This document shows positions 14,465-22,792 of a stretch of DNA of 25,412 bases, one piece after another (position 1 is the stretch's first letter; each line of letters starts with the position of its first letter). The position numbers were made by a program, and so were the translations under genes. Location of the stretch: IMG/VR virus record IMGVR_UViG_3300005764_000078, positions 1 to 25,412 of that record, one strand, 5' to 3'. The notes below the pieces were generated by a model. That model made no database searches, was not told the DNA's origin, and was given only the letters and a program-made list of their open reading frames with translations. Source of the DNA: a virus (Duplodnaviria; Caudoviricetes).

Positions 14465-14863
14465 ATGCTGACGAAGAACCTAATCGCAGCGGATATCGCA
14501 TCTGATACCGGGATCAAAGTAAACCTCGTCAAACACGTTCTCGACTCGCTGGCAGACCTAGCTGCCGCCGAGATCGAAGAGGGAGAGGACTTCATCGTTC
14601 CCGGTGTCGTCAAGATCGCGTACACCTACCGCGCACCGCAGAAGAAGGGCGCACGCTGGAAGAAGGGAGAAGAGCGGACAGGGTTCGGTGGTATCACATC
14701 AGTAGCAGAGGAAGACAGCCCTCCGGTCACCGAACTCATCCGGCTGAAGGCAATGCCCACCGGCGCGGTAGGACGTCTACGACCAGGCACCAAGCCGGAT
14801 GTACAGAAGGCATTCCTCAGGAGCAAGGCGGGCAAGACTGTCCGTTCGAGGAAGGCAAAGTAA
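14465..14863 (+). CDS. HU/IHF-family DNA-binding protein, divergent arm and basic C-terminal tail
   Basis: MLTKNLIAADIASDTGI...VKHVLDSL...EIEEGEDFIVPGVVKI helical body plus beta arm; K/R-rich tail. Confidence 0.8.
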   Translation: MLTKNLIAADIASDTGIKVNLVKHVLDSLADLAAAEIEEGEDFIVPGVVKIAYTYRAPQKKGARWKKGEERTGFGGITSVAEEDSPPVTELIRLKAMPTGAVGRLRPGTKPDVQKAFLRSKAGKTVRSRKAK

Positions 14864-14864
14864 C

Positions 14865-15761
14865 ATGACAGAGCCCGGCAAGGACATCATCCGGTGGGCC
14901 GATGAGGCCATGTATGAGTCCCAGCCGATGCTGACGGAGGAGGGCGCGGGAATAACTCCCCGCGCCTTCCTTCTGAACGCAACACCGGATCCGCTCGGTA
15001 CATGTGCGGCAGATATGCGGATGTACAGAGGAAATCCCGTCTACAGCCTAGACGAGATCACGGATGAGCAGCGCCGGTGGGCCTGGGAAGAACTCAGTAA
15101 GACACACCTCAACACCCCGCTCGAGGGTGTGAGCGTCAAGTTCATGCTCGAAGCAGTCACGCGCAGCTTCACTCACCAAATGGTCCGGCAACGGGTGGGT
15201 GCGTACTACGTGCAAGAAAGTCTACGCTTTGCAGTCAAGCGAGGACTTGCGAATGAAGTGGCCAAGCCTCCCTTTGTCATTGGAAATGAAATCCCAGAAC
15301 AGATTTGGGATCAGACGATCAAGCGCATTGGCGATGCCTACAATTCGCTGATCAACGCGGGCATCCCCGCCGAAGACGCGCGAGGTCTGCTCCCGCACGC
15401 AACGACAACCCGTATCATTTACCACACGAACTTGCGCGCGCTCTTCGAGCATGCAGGGAATCGTCTCTGTACGCAGGCGCAATTTGAATGGCGTGCGGTC
15501 TTCATGTCGATGATACAGGCGATGAAAGAATTTCCTACTGACGATAGATGGCAATGGGATCTCATCGCGGAACCGAAGGCATACACGTTCACACCTATCT
15601 GCTACCGGCTCGGCCGCTGCGCGTTCATGAGCCATCTCGATCGTGGTTGCACCATTCGCGAGCGCGTCAACGACGGACGATTTGAGGACATAGACCCGGC
15701 CGAATGGATGGCGAACCCCTGGGCGGGGATTACCACAGAAGATCAACCACGACCTGTATAA
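14865..15761 (+). CDS. thyX: FAD-dependent thymidylate synthase (ThyX)-like protein
   Basis: ATG 14865 after HU stop; TPLE, TRSFTHQMVRQR...QESLRF, EDARGLLP, TNLRAL, RLCTQAQFEWR. Confidence 0.88.
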   Translation: MTEPGKDIIRWADEAMYESQPMLTEEGAGITPRAFLLNATPDPLGTCAADMRMYRGNPVYSLDEITDEQRRWAWEELSKTHLNTPLEGVSVKFMLEAVTRSFTHQMVRQRVGAYYVQESLRFAVKRGLANEVAKPPFVIGNEIPEQIWDQTIKRIGDAYNSLINAGIPAEDARGLLPHATTTRIIYHTNLRALFEHAGNRLCTQAQFEWRAVFMSMIQAMKEFPTDDRWQWDLIAEPKAYTFTPICYRLGRCAFMSHLDRGCTIRERVNDGRFEDIDPAEWMANPWAGITTEDQPRPV

Positions 15762-15769
15762 GGAGGAAA

Positions 15770-16084
15770 ATGTCGTACGAGAAATACCACAAGTCCTTGA
15801 TTGACTGCAAGCAGGTCAGACCGTACGTCAAGGAACTTGTGCTTAGGTGCGGCAATGCGAAGGCAGCGGGTGAGTATTCTCTGGTCGCTGCTTCTACAAT
15901 CCACAGAATCCTCCATAACGTGCATTGTACAGTTCAGCAAGAGACCGCACGCAAGCTCTTCCTAGCTCTTCAGCATCGGCGCGAGGAAGATCGTAAGAAC
16001 CATGAGGTACACGACGAGCTCCTCAAGGCAAGGAAAGAACAGGCCAGACAAGAAGATCGCCTAGAGCGGTTGATCGGGTACTGA
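15770..16084 (+). CDS. Putative helix-turn-helix DNA-binding protein (104 aa)
   Basis: AAGGAGG SD then ATG 15770; GNAKAAGEYSLVAASTIHRILH...VQQETARKL resembles an XRE/Cro-type HTH; charged helical C-terminus. Confidence 0.6.
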   Translation: MSYEKYHKSLIDCKQVRPYVKELVLRCGNAKAAGEYSLVAASTIHRILHNVHCTVQQETARKLFLALQHRREEDRKNHEVHDELLKARKEQARQEDRLERLIGY

Positions 16085-16941
16085 TGAGCAGAGGAGTCAT
16101 CATTGTCACCCGAGATAGAATTGATACGCTCCGAAAGACGCTTCCCAACTGGCTGGAACAGGAATTACCTATTCTGCTACTCACCGAGAAGAACCAGGTA
16201 CCAGAACATCAGGCTCTCGTAAGAGAGCTTGGTGCGAAGAAGGAGATTGTCGTCGCCGGTCACCCCAAAAAGAACCAAGGGATCGGCTATGCAAGAATGC
16301 GAGCCGTAGAGATAGCCGATACATTCGGCATCGAGGCTTTCATCATGGCCGATGACGACATGAAGATCACCAAGGGGCATCCGAATGTTCTCCTAGATTT
16401 CGTCGCGGCAGAAAAGGCGATCATCTGCGGCGGCTGGATGCCAAACTACGGGCAGTGGGTTCCGGATGGGAATAGAATTAGCAAGGAATCAAATCTGGTC
16501 GTACCCTGTGGTGGCGCTCGTGACCGTGTGATGGCGATCAACACAAAGCTAGCACTGGTAGCTGGAAACTTCCACCCGAAGCTGAAGACACTTGACACAC
16601 AAGAGATGAACCGGCGTGGCATCAAGATCGGACATCTGTGGTGGATTCATTCCGGCTGTCATATCGCGATGGTCAACAAGCCGCATGACGATGGCGGAAT
16701 TCAGGCGATGTACAAGACCGAGAAAGAGCGGGCTGCCCAGAACTTGAAGGATCACGAACTGACGTTCAAGCTGTGGGGTCCGAAATACATCAGCCCGCCG
16801 CCAAAGCGCATGTCCACGAAGTGGCTCATTCTGGCTACCGATTATATCGGTCCAAAGGCTGCCGAAGCCCTGCGGCTGGCGCGCCCGTACCCCGCAGAAA
16901 GAGTTGCTTCAGCCCTGCGTATGTTCGGGGGCAGGCCGTAG
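16084..16941 (+). CDS. GT-A fold glycosyltransferase, TAGT/GREB1-like (DNA-base glycosyltransferase-like)
   Basis: IIVTRDR, GIGYARMRAVE, FIMADDDM (DxD), late DDGGI motif; no signal peptide or TM segment. Confidence 0.7.
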   Translation: MSRGVIIVTRDRIDTLRKTLPNWLEQELPILLLTEKNQVPEHQALVRELGAKKEIVVAGHPKKNQGIGYARMRAVEIADTFGIEAFIMADDDMKITKGHPNVLLDFVAAEKAIICGGWMPNYGQWVPDGNRISKESNLVVPCGGARDRVMAINTKLALVAGNFHPKLKTLDTQEMNRRGIKIGHLWWIHSGCHIAMVNKPHDDGGIQAMYKTEKERAAQNLKDHELTFKLWGPKYISPPPKRMSTKWLILATDYIGPKAAEALRLARPYPAERVASALRMFGGRP

Positions 16942-16949
16942 GATGGGGG

Positions 16950-17021
16950 ACCGCTTGTCCAAGCCGTTGCACGAGGCTAGTGGGCCTGGAATGGGGTCCC
17001 TAAACCGCTTGTCCAAGCGGT
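16950..17021. promoter_or_regulatory. Pair of 18-bp palindromic operator-like sites
   Basis: ACCGCTTG-TC-CAAGCGGT at 17004-17021 (perfect 8-2-8 inverted repeat) and ACCGCTTG-TC-CAAGCCGT at 16950-16967 (one mismatch). Confidence 0.6.
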
Positions 17022-17176
17022 CTAATACCCTAGTCGCACCGTGCAGCCCACTGCACTGGCCGTACAAAGACACATCCAGCGGAGGCCCTACGGGGTGGGT
17101 TTACCCCTATCCTCTTTCCAGGCAGAGGATGAGGACTTCTGCAACCACCGTCTAGGTCTGAAAGGAGGCTACCGGC

Positions 17177-17638
17177 GTGAGCTACCTGACACAGTGGGTA
17201 GATCCAGCCCTAGAGATTAAGGCTGAAGAAAGCGCGGAGAAGATCACGCAAGAAGAGCTGAAGCGTCTGCTGCGGCTAAACGCCGTCGCGGCAGCTGCGG
17301 GAAGCATACCCCGCAGAGTTGGCAGCGAGGCTTCTTCTGAGGATCTCTCGGTAGACAAGAAGCGCTGTAGAAGGATTGCCCACGTGACATTACAGCTGGC
17401 GTCCTCCTGGTCAGACAAAGACCCGAGCAGACTAAAGGACGAACAGAACGTCACACAGGAAGCTGCCGTGATCAACTGGTCGACCTGGTGGGAAGGTCAC
17501 AAGGTCTGGCTAATCAACCGGCGACGCTACATCGCCACCTGGTCTTCGCGGCAACCGGGGCAGGAACGCTGGTCGAAGAGCGCGATGGTCAAGCTCAACA
17601 ATGAGATGCTCTGGCTCGGGTACGCGCTGAGGGACTAG
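17177..17638 (+). CDS. Hypothetical protein (153 aa, Trp-rich C-half)
   Basis: AAAGGAGG at 17161-17168 and GTG at 17177; last gene of the + strand arm. Confidence 0.75.
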   Translation: MSYLTQWVDPALEIKAEESAEKITQEELKRLLRLNAVAAAAGSIPRRVGSEASSEDLSVDKKRCRRIAHVTLQLASSWSDKDPSRLKDEQNVTQEAAVINWSTWWEGHKVWLINRRRYIATWSSRQPGQERWSKSAMVKLNNEMLWLGYALRD

Positions 17639-18372
17639 CGCCCTCTATTGTAGAACGAGAGTAGCTCAGCGTCGGATAGAAGACGGCTGAAAATCACCGG
17701 CTTCGCGATTGATCCGGCAATATACTGCCCAGCAAAGTTAGCGCCAGCGACGGCAAATGGATACCCTTGTGAAGAAACTGAGTAAGTAAACGAAGCGCCT
17801 GACTGCGCGCCGTCAAGCCAAAGATTTGATCCATTTGTGACGGCACTGTTTACACGCATAGCAATGAAATGCCAAGCACTATCAGCAAGCCACCCACGTT
17901 GCGTAGTCACGGCGGCTCCCCAATCATACGTACCGAGATAACCGTTATAGCCAAATATCGCCCATGCGTATTGTTTGGCCATAATTCCCTTGTACTGACC
18001 GGTGTCAGCAGTTTTGATCCAGGCAGCAAGTGTCACCTGAGATAGCTGCAAGGAAACTGGGTTGCCAATGTTCAGATCGCTGTTATCGGCACCATTGTAG
18101 GCAACCGCACAGTTACCAATTGCTATCGATGGGCCAGGTTGTGCTAGCGTGAAGCCGCCCGTATACGTGCCTGGGTTAAGTCCCTTCGCATCAGCCGCTG
18201 TTGTCCCAGACGTTTCGTCACTCTTCCAGTACGACACCGGGTTAGCAGCAAGAATGATCGAATCATAACTCGGCTCCCAGACTTTGACCGTGCCCATATA
18301 CGCACGATCAATCGATGTTGTGCCCAGATAGAGCTTATTCGGTTGCTGCGTTGGACTGATGACTGGAGTCAT
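17635..18372 (-). CDS. LamG/concanavalin A-like domain virion protein
   Basis: [49 protein letters not shown]; N-terminal KLYLG...AYMGTVKVW fibre-attachment-like motif. Confidence 0.88.
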   Translation of the reverse strand: MTPVISPTQQPNKLYLGTTSIDRAYMGTVKVWEPSYDSIILAANPVSYWKSDETSGTTAADAKGLNPGTYTGGFTLAQPGPSIAIGNCAVAYNGADNSDLNIGNPVSLQLSQVTLAAWIKTADTGQYKGIMAKQYAWAIFGYNGYLGTYDWGAAVTTQRGWLADSAWHFIAMRVNSAVTNGSNLWLDGAQSGASFTYSVSSQGYPFAVAGANFAGQYIAGSIAKPVIFSRLLSDAELLSFYNRGR

Positions 18373-18668
18373 CCAACAATTACGTACAACGTGTTCGGGT
18401 CTTTCACGGGCAGAGCGTTGTAAGCAGCTTGTGTCATTTGAGTAACAGAAGGTGGTCCTTGTGGCCCGGTCGGCCCCGTTGGCCCGGTGGCTCCCGTTGT
18501 CCCTTGTGCTCCTTGTGGCCCGGTCGGCCCGGTCGCTCCCTGCGGTCCTGGTAGTCCTTGTGGTCCCACTGCTCCTTGATCAACCTCTACAACGAGGGAA
18601 GATGTCTGAACAACCTCGATGACGGCCGAAGGTTGCTCAACAACTTCTATGACGCTAGGGCTGCTCAT
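18369..18668 (-). CDS. Collagen-like minor tail protein
   Basis: 14 consecutive Gly-X-Y triplets; C-terminal [19 protein letters not shown] motif typical of phage minor tail proteins. Confidence 0.88.
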   Translation of the reverse strand: MSSPSVIEVVEQPSAVIEVVQTSSLVVEVDQGAVGPQGLPGPQGATGPTGPQGAQGTTGATGPTGPTGPQGPPSVTQMTQAAYNALPVKDPNTLYVIVG

Positions 18669-18987
18669 TCGTTACGTCCTGATTGAGAGTCAAGCTTCCA
18701 TGTACCCATGTCGTCACCTGTCCAGCGAGCGTCACTTCTACATCGTAGACATACTGCCCCGGCTTGGGCGGCGTCGCCGGCATCTTCAACGTTACTTCGC
18801 CATTCAGCGCATTGGTAACAGTGGCGACGAGAGAGGCAGTTGTACCTGATGACCTGTTCTTCATCTGCGCCGCGATCGTTGCGCCCGTCAGATTGACTGG
18901 TGTGCTACCCTGCTTGAAGCGAAATACCTGCGCCCAGGAGTCACCGCGATAGACGACGAGGTTATATGTGGCCGGAAGGTTACTCAT
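18655..18987 (-). CDS. Beta-sandwich tail/baseplate adaptor protein (BppU-N-like)
   Basis: [11 protein letters not shown]...[12 protein letters not shown]...GEVTL...YVYDVEV pattern; context among fibre genes. Confidence 0.7.
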   Translation of the reverse strand: MSNLPATYNLVVYRGDSWAQVFRFKQGSTPVNLTGATIAAQMKNRSSGTTASLVATVTNALNGEVTLKMPATPPKPGQYVYDVEVTLAGQVTTWVHGSLTLNQDVTNEQP

Positions 18988-19943
18988 GTCTTGATGATCT
19001 TGTTCGTGACCTGGTAGGGCTGCAGATTGGTGTGTGAGCCACCGCCACCGTCCGATGAGATGATCGCTGCCGAGTTCTGGACTCCCATCCCTGTACCGCT
19101 ACTGTAGATACCGATGCTCGTACCGGATCCATTGATGCTGATGCCAGTGTACGCGCCGTTGACAGTATGGGAGTGCGCCGCTGAACGGCCACCGGTGTTG
19201 TTGAACTTGTAGAACAAAATGCCGCCCGAACCCAGGTTCTGAAACCGGACCCAGGATCCTTGGTTTGCCGCCGAGTCATCCGTCAGTGCCATAGTTCCGA
19301 GAATATGCGTATGATCGGCGCTCTCTGTGCCGGTTGAGTGGCCATGGGAAGGATCAGATACGCCATGTGAGTGACCAGGATCACTAATTGAGTGAGCATG
19401 ACCGGGATCACTAAGAGTATGCGCATGTACGCCACCACCGTGCGTATGACCCGGTATCTGTGCCAGCGTCAGCGTAGCAGTCTTTGCGCCACCCGTCAGC
19501 CCGAGGGTAGCGAACTCTGCCTGCCCCGAGTCACGGCCCACGGCAGCACGACCACGAAAGTCGGGCAAGTTGAACGTCGTCGAGCCATCGCCCGTTCCGT
19601 AGCCCGTACCGATGGCCGCGAACAACGTGGCGTAGGTCGTACGACTCACCGCTGAACCGTCACAGAGCAGCCAGCCCGTCGGTGCCGTTGCGCCACCAAA
19701 GTCTACGATCATACCTGCCGGGAGAACCGCGTTCGCGGCAATCATTGATGACGTGATGAGCGAGAAGACCCAGGCCGAGCCGCTCCAGACCGGCACCTGA
19801 TTTGCCGCTGGTGTCGCGTTTGACAATACCGCTTTCGTCAGTTGCGTCTCGACATCAGTGGCGAGTTCCTGCATATCGGTTGGCACATCAGCAGGATCCG
19901 TAGACGCCGGGTAGCGTAATCCGAATGTCGGTGTCGCTGGCAT
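18984..19943 (-). CDS. Tail fibre protein with phage tail-collar domain and His-x-His repeats
   Basis: GMIVDFGGATAPTGWLLCDGSAVSRTTYATLFAAIG...FNLPDFRGR; seven HxH motifs; C-terminal HTNLQPY...IIKT. Confidence 0.92.
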   Translation of the reverse strand: MPATPTFGLRYPASTDPADVPTDMQELATDVETQLTKAVLSNATPAANQVPVWSGSAWVFSLITSSMIAANAVLPAGMIVDFGGATAPTGWLLCDGSAVSRTTYATLFAAIGTGYGTGDGSTTFNLPDFRGRAAVGRDSGQAEFATLGLTGGAKTATLTLAQIPGHTHGGGVHAHTLSDPGHAHSISDPGHSHGVSDPSHGHSTGTESADHTHILGTMALTDDSAANQGSWVRFQNLGSGGILFYKFNNTGGRSAAHSHTVNGAYTGISINGSGTSIGIYSSGTGMGVQNSAAIISSDGGGGSHTNLQPYQVTNKIIKT

Positions 19944-19954
19944 TCTCCTCCTTC

Positions 19955-20590
19955 CTAGCTGATGTAGGCCAGCTTCATGGCATTGTAGTCTGCGTACTTA
20001 TCCTTCGCAATCTGGTACGTCGCGCTGGTCGTCTTAAGAGACAGATAATCCTGCCCCGCCATCGTTACGTAGTGTAGCACGAGACCGGCAGGCTTGGCTG
20101 CTATGAGCGCTGCCTGAGCAGCAGTCGGGTTCGGTGTCTGTGCTGTCTGTGTGACAACCTCAATGTTGTATGGTGAGTCAACATTCGGGTTGTTGTAGTC
20201 AAACCTCTCTCGAAAGGCAAAGTTCTTGGTCCCGGTCAGATAGGGATCGATCGCTCCGCGCATAGCGGCAACCGTACCACGACTCCAACCACCAGCGTGC
20301 TTGATACGATCCCTCTGGTCGGCATCGGAAAGATTGGAGTCAATCCTGACCCCGACGAATTGAGCCAGCCATCCAAGCGCGTAAGAGGGGCAGAGCTCGG
20401 CAGACATGACACTGGCCCAGCCGGGGATGGTACCCTGATCGCGACCGAGGTCTTCGTTGATCTGGAACCCTGTACCTACGCTCGCTACATACTTCGCCAG
20501 CGCGTAGTCATGCTCCACCTCAGCAAACTGCATAGGTGTCAGAGAATCGTACAGCGCCTGGGCGAAGCTCTGTAGGGTCGGCTTTGCCAT
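19955..20590 (-). CDS. Baseplate wedge protein, P2 gpI-like
   Basis: CPSYALGWLAQFVGV...QRDRIK...RGTVAAMR...AAKPAGL; directly downstream of baseplate J. Confidence 0.85.
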   Translation of the reverse strand: MAKPTLQSFAQALYDSLTPMQFAEVEHDYALAKYVASVGTGFQINEDLGRDQGTIPGWASVMSAELCPSYALGWLAQFVGVRIDSNLSDADQRDRIKHAGGWSRGTVAAMRGAIDPYLTGTKNFAFRERFDYNNPNVDSPYNIEVVTQTAQTPNPTAAQAALIAAKPAGLVLHYVTMAGQDYLSLKTTSATYQIAKDKYADYNAMKLAYIS

Positions 20591-22263
20591 TACGGAGTAT
20601 TCACCACTCCTGTAATAGTACCGTACTTGGGCAGTGGCGCTACACCAGGCATAGTGATGTCAACGCTGCCCATCGTACCGAAGATGCCGGTGGTCAGGGC
20701 AGAGATGTAGTCAACCCCAGAGGTATCGTTGATGATCTGCGCAACCTCAAGATAGCGCACCTTGGTAATCTGTCGCCAGGCGCGAGCATCATCCGGGGTG
20801 GTACCCCATGTCGCCGGATTGAGGTAGTTCTGAATGGATGCATCAATGTCAGACTTCAATGCTACGGTATCAACCCCCGCCAGCGCCACGACCGTGTAGT
20901 TGACATCAATGATGCTCTGCACAGCGTCGCTTGTATACACAAGGAAGTTCACCTCGCGTCGTGCCTGTAGGTCATTGTCAATCGCTGTCTTGATCGTAGA
21001 CGATACCGGATTACCGTTCTGATCAATAGCGATGACCGTAACGCAGCGCGCGACGGGTGTATCTACCGTACCACCCGCTACCCAATCCGTGCCGCTACCA
21101 TTCTTTCGAATTGACGCCTTGTCGATGTAGTGTACCTCACCGTTGGCCGGATTGGTGACGTACGCGCCGACCTGCACCTTGGCAGCATTGACAGGAGCGG
21201 TGGCGGTGACGGAGTAGTTCGTCCATGCTGTGGTCGAGTTCGTTGCGATCGTGCCCTTCGTGGCCGTACCGATGGGGTTGTTGCCACTGTCGAGAAAACG
21301 AAGGGCAGCGGCGCAAGATCGCGTAGTTGTCGCGGCCCGTATCGAGACCAGACCTATGATGACGTCTCCCGGCACGCACGCGATCGCCGAAGCTGCCGGA
21401 GGTGTACCGGCTGCAGCATCACCGCTACCTGCCGCCGTGGAGGAAAGAGCAATGCTCTTAGAACCGTCGGCTGCCTGCGCCGTGCTGCTCGCGATCGTGC
21501 AGTTCACAATCACGGCCCAGCCAGTGGCGTCCGTCTCCGCCGAAGCCTGATTAAGATTGAGGAGATTGTGCTGCGGGTTGTACAGATCGATCGCGAGCGC
21601 ACGCCAAGCACCAGGGATCTCACGCGCAAAGACTGCGAAGTCGTTCGGCAGGATCGGGCGCGGCGCGAGAAGCTCCAGCGTCGCAGCCAAGCGGTCTAGA
21701 TAATCGTCATCGCTCTCGGCGTCCTGCCCACCGCTCGTCGGTGCCGTGATCGTAATGCTCGCAACAAAGACGAGCGGGTCTAGAAGTGAAACTGGATTCG
21801 TTAGCCCATTGGCGGCTGCACCGTACTCCTCATCCACCGCCACGATCTGCACCGCACCCGCTGCGGTAGCGGTATTACCCGCGTACACGATCACATCTTG
21901 CTGCGTCTCGAAAGCGTAGTCGGTTCCGGTAGAATCCGCCATCGTCACCTGTGTCCCGGCCGGGATCGTATAGCCGAGATTGTCTACCATCGTCCAAGTT
22001 GTGGTGCCAGCCGCAGGTGTAGCATCGATCGGAGGCAGGTTCATGAGACTGTTCCCGAACCAGCGGAAGATCGACTTAGAAGCCTCGCTGGTCACATCAC
22101 GGGATTCACTGGCAATTGAAGCAATCGCCTGCAGGAGCCAGACGTCTAGGTTCCCGTCCGAAGGCTGCCAGCCGGGGACAAGGGTCTGCATCATGTCGTA
22201 TGCATCATTGAGTACGTCCTCCGGATCGGTCTCAACCGGAATCGTGATGTACGTTTCCGCCAC
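20590..22263 (-). CDS. Baseplate J/gp47-like protein with inserted carbohydrate-binding-like domain
   Basis: TIPAGTQV, GAAANG, GGQDAESDDDYLDR, DFAVFAREIPG, GVDYI; internal beta-sandwich insert at about 21100-21567. Confidence 0.9.
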   Translation of the reverse strand: MAETYITIPVETDPEDVLNDAYDMMQTLVPGWQPSDGNLDVWLLQAIASIASESRDVTSEASKSIFRWFGNSLMNLPPIDATPAAGTTTWTMVDNLGYTIPAGTQVTMADSTGTDYAFETQQDVIVYAGNTATAAGAVQIVAVDEEYGAAANGLTNPVSLLDPLVFVASITITAPTSGGQDAESDDDYLDRLAATLELLAPRPILPNDFAVFAREIPGAWRALAIDLYNPQHNLLNLNQASAETDATGWAVIVNCTIASSTAQAADGSKSIALSSTAAGSGDAAAGTPPAASAIACVPGDVIIGLVSIRAATTTRSCAAALRFLDSGNNPIGTATKGTIATNSTTAWTNYSVTATAPVNAAKVQVGAYVTNPANGEVHYIDKASIRKNGSGTDWVAGGTVDTPVARCVTVIAIDQNGNPVSSTIKTAIDNDLQARREVNFLVYTSDAVQSIIDVNYTVVALAGVDTVALKSDIDASIQNYLNPATWGTTPDDARAWRQITKVRYLEVAQIINDTSGVDYISALTTGIFGTMGSVDITMPGVAPLPKYGTITGVVNTP

Positions 22264-22589
22264 TACGTCACCTCCTGCGCCTGATCGAGCTTGATCGTGA
22301 TCTTGGCGATGAGTGGATCAAGGAAATCTGGTTCCTGTTCAAAAAGGAGAATAGCCCTGGGCTCCTGAAGCACGATGCTCTGCATGATCCCGGTCAGATC
22401 GAGCGGTTGTACGTTGAAGGTCAGATCTTCCCAGCCGAATTCAGGCAGCTCTACACGCTCACCCACAGCCGTACGCAGAATTGCCTCTACGCAATTCTGT
22501 ACGTCCAGCTGCTCATCCTGCTCCGTAACGGCAAGGTGCGTGGTCGGATCTATTCGGAAAGGCATGTCGAAATGAGGGATATCAGTCAC
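22263..22589 (-). CDS. Baseplate wedge protein GPW/gp25 family
   Basis: ILRTAVGERVELPEFG...EPRA; GTG at 22589 preceded by GGAGG. Confidence 0.9.
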   Translation of the reverse strand: MTDIPHFDMPFRIDPTTHLAVTEQDEQLDVQNCVEAILRTAVGERVELPEFGWEDLTFNVQPLDLTGIMQSIVLQEPRAILLFEQEPDFLDPLIAKITIKLDQAQEVT

Positions 22590-22785
22590 TCTTCGGCTCC
22601 TCCGCGACATCGACGGTCACATGGATCCAACTCGGCTCACCCATGACTGTCCAAAGCTCCGGATCGAGATGAACGGTTATCGGGCCCATCATTCCCTGTC
22701 CATCAGCATCGACTCCGAACGTGGTCGTATTTGTGCCAGGGCTACCCCAGGGATCCCGCCTTAGAACTACCTTGACCTGATCCAT
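22582..22785 (-). CDS. Small hypothetical protein (67 aa)
   Basis: AGGAGG SD upstream; coupled to the gpW-like gene. Confidence 0.7.
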   Translation of the reverse strand: MDQVKVVLRRDPWGSPGTNTTTFGVDADGQGMMGPITVHLDPELWTVMGEPSWIHVTVDVAEEPKSD

Positions 22786-22792
22786 GTTCCTC

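Noticed and set aside
13950-14471. 173-aa + strand ORF overlapping the rpf-like gene
   Set aside because: Alternative frame over a gene with clear motifs, signal peptide and SD; no protein-like features.
16904-17155. ORF spanning the operator region (possible ATG at 16943)
   Set aside because: Repeated RLSK simply reflects the DNA palindromes; no convincing SD; not fully excluded.
18455-18575. Tandem DNA repeats such as GGCCCGGTCGGCCC
   Set aside because: Fully explained by collagen Gly-Pro-Thr/Gln codons.
19955-22589. Extracellular contractile injection system or tailocin instead of a phage
   Set aside because: Directly joined to a complete phage replication arm, which such elements lack.
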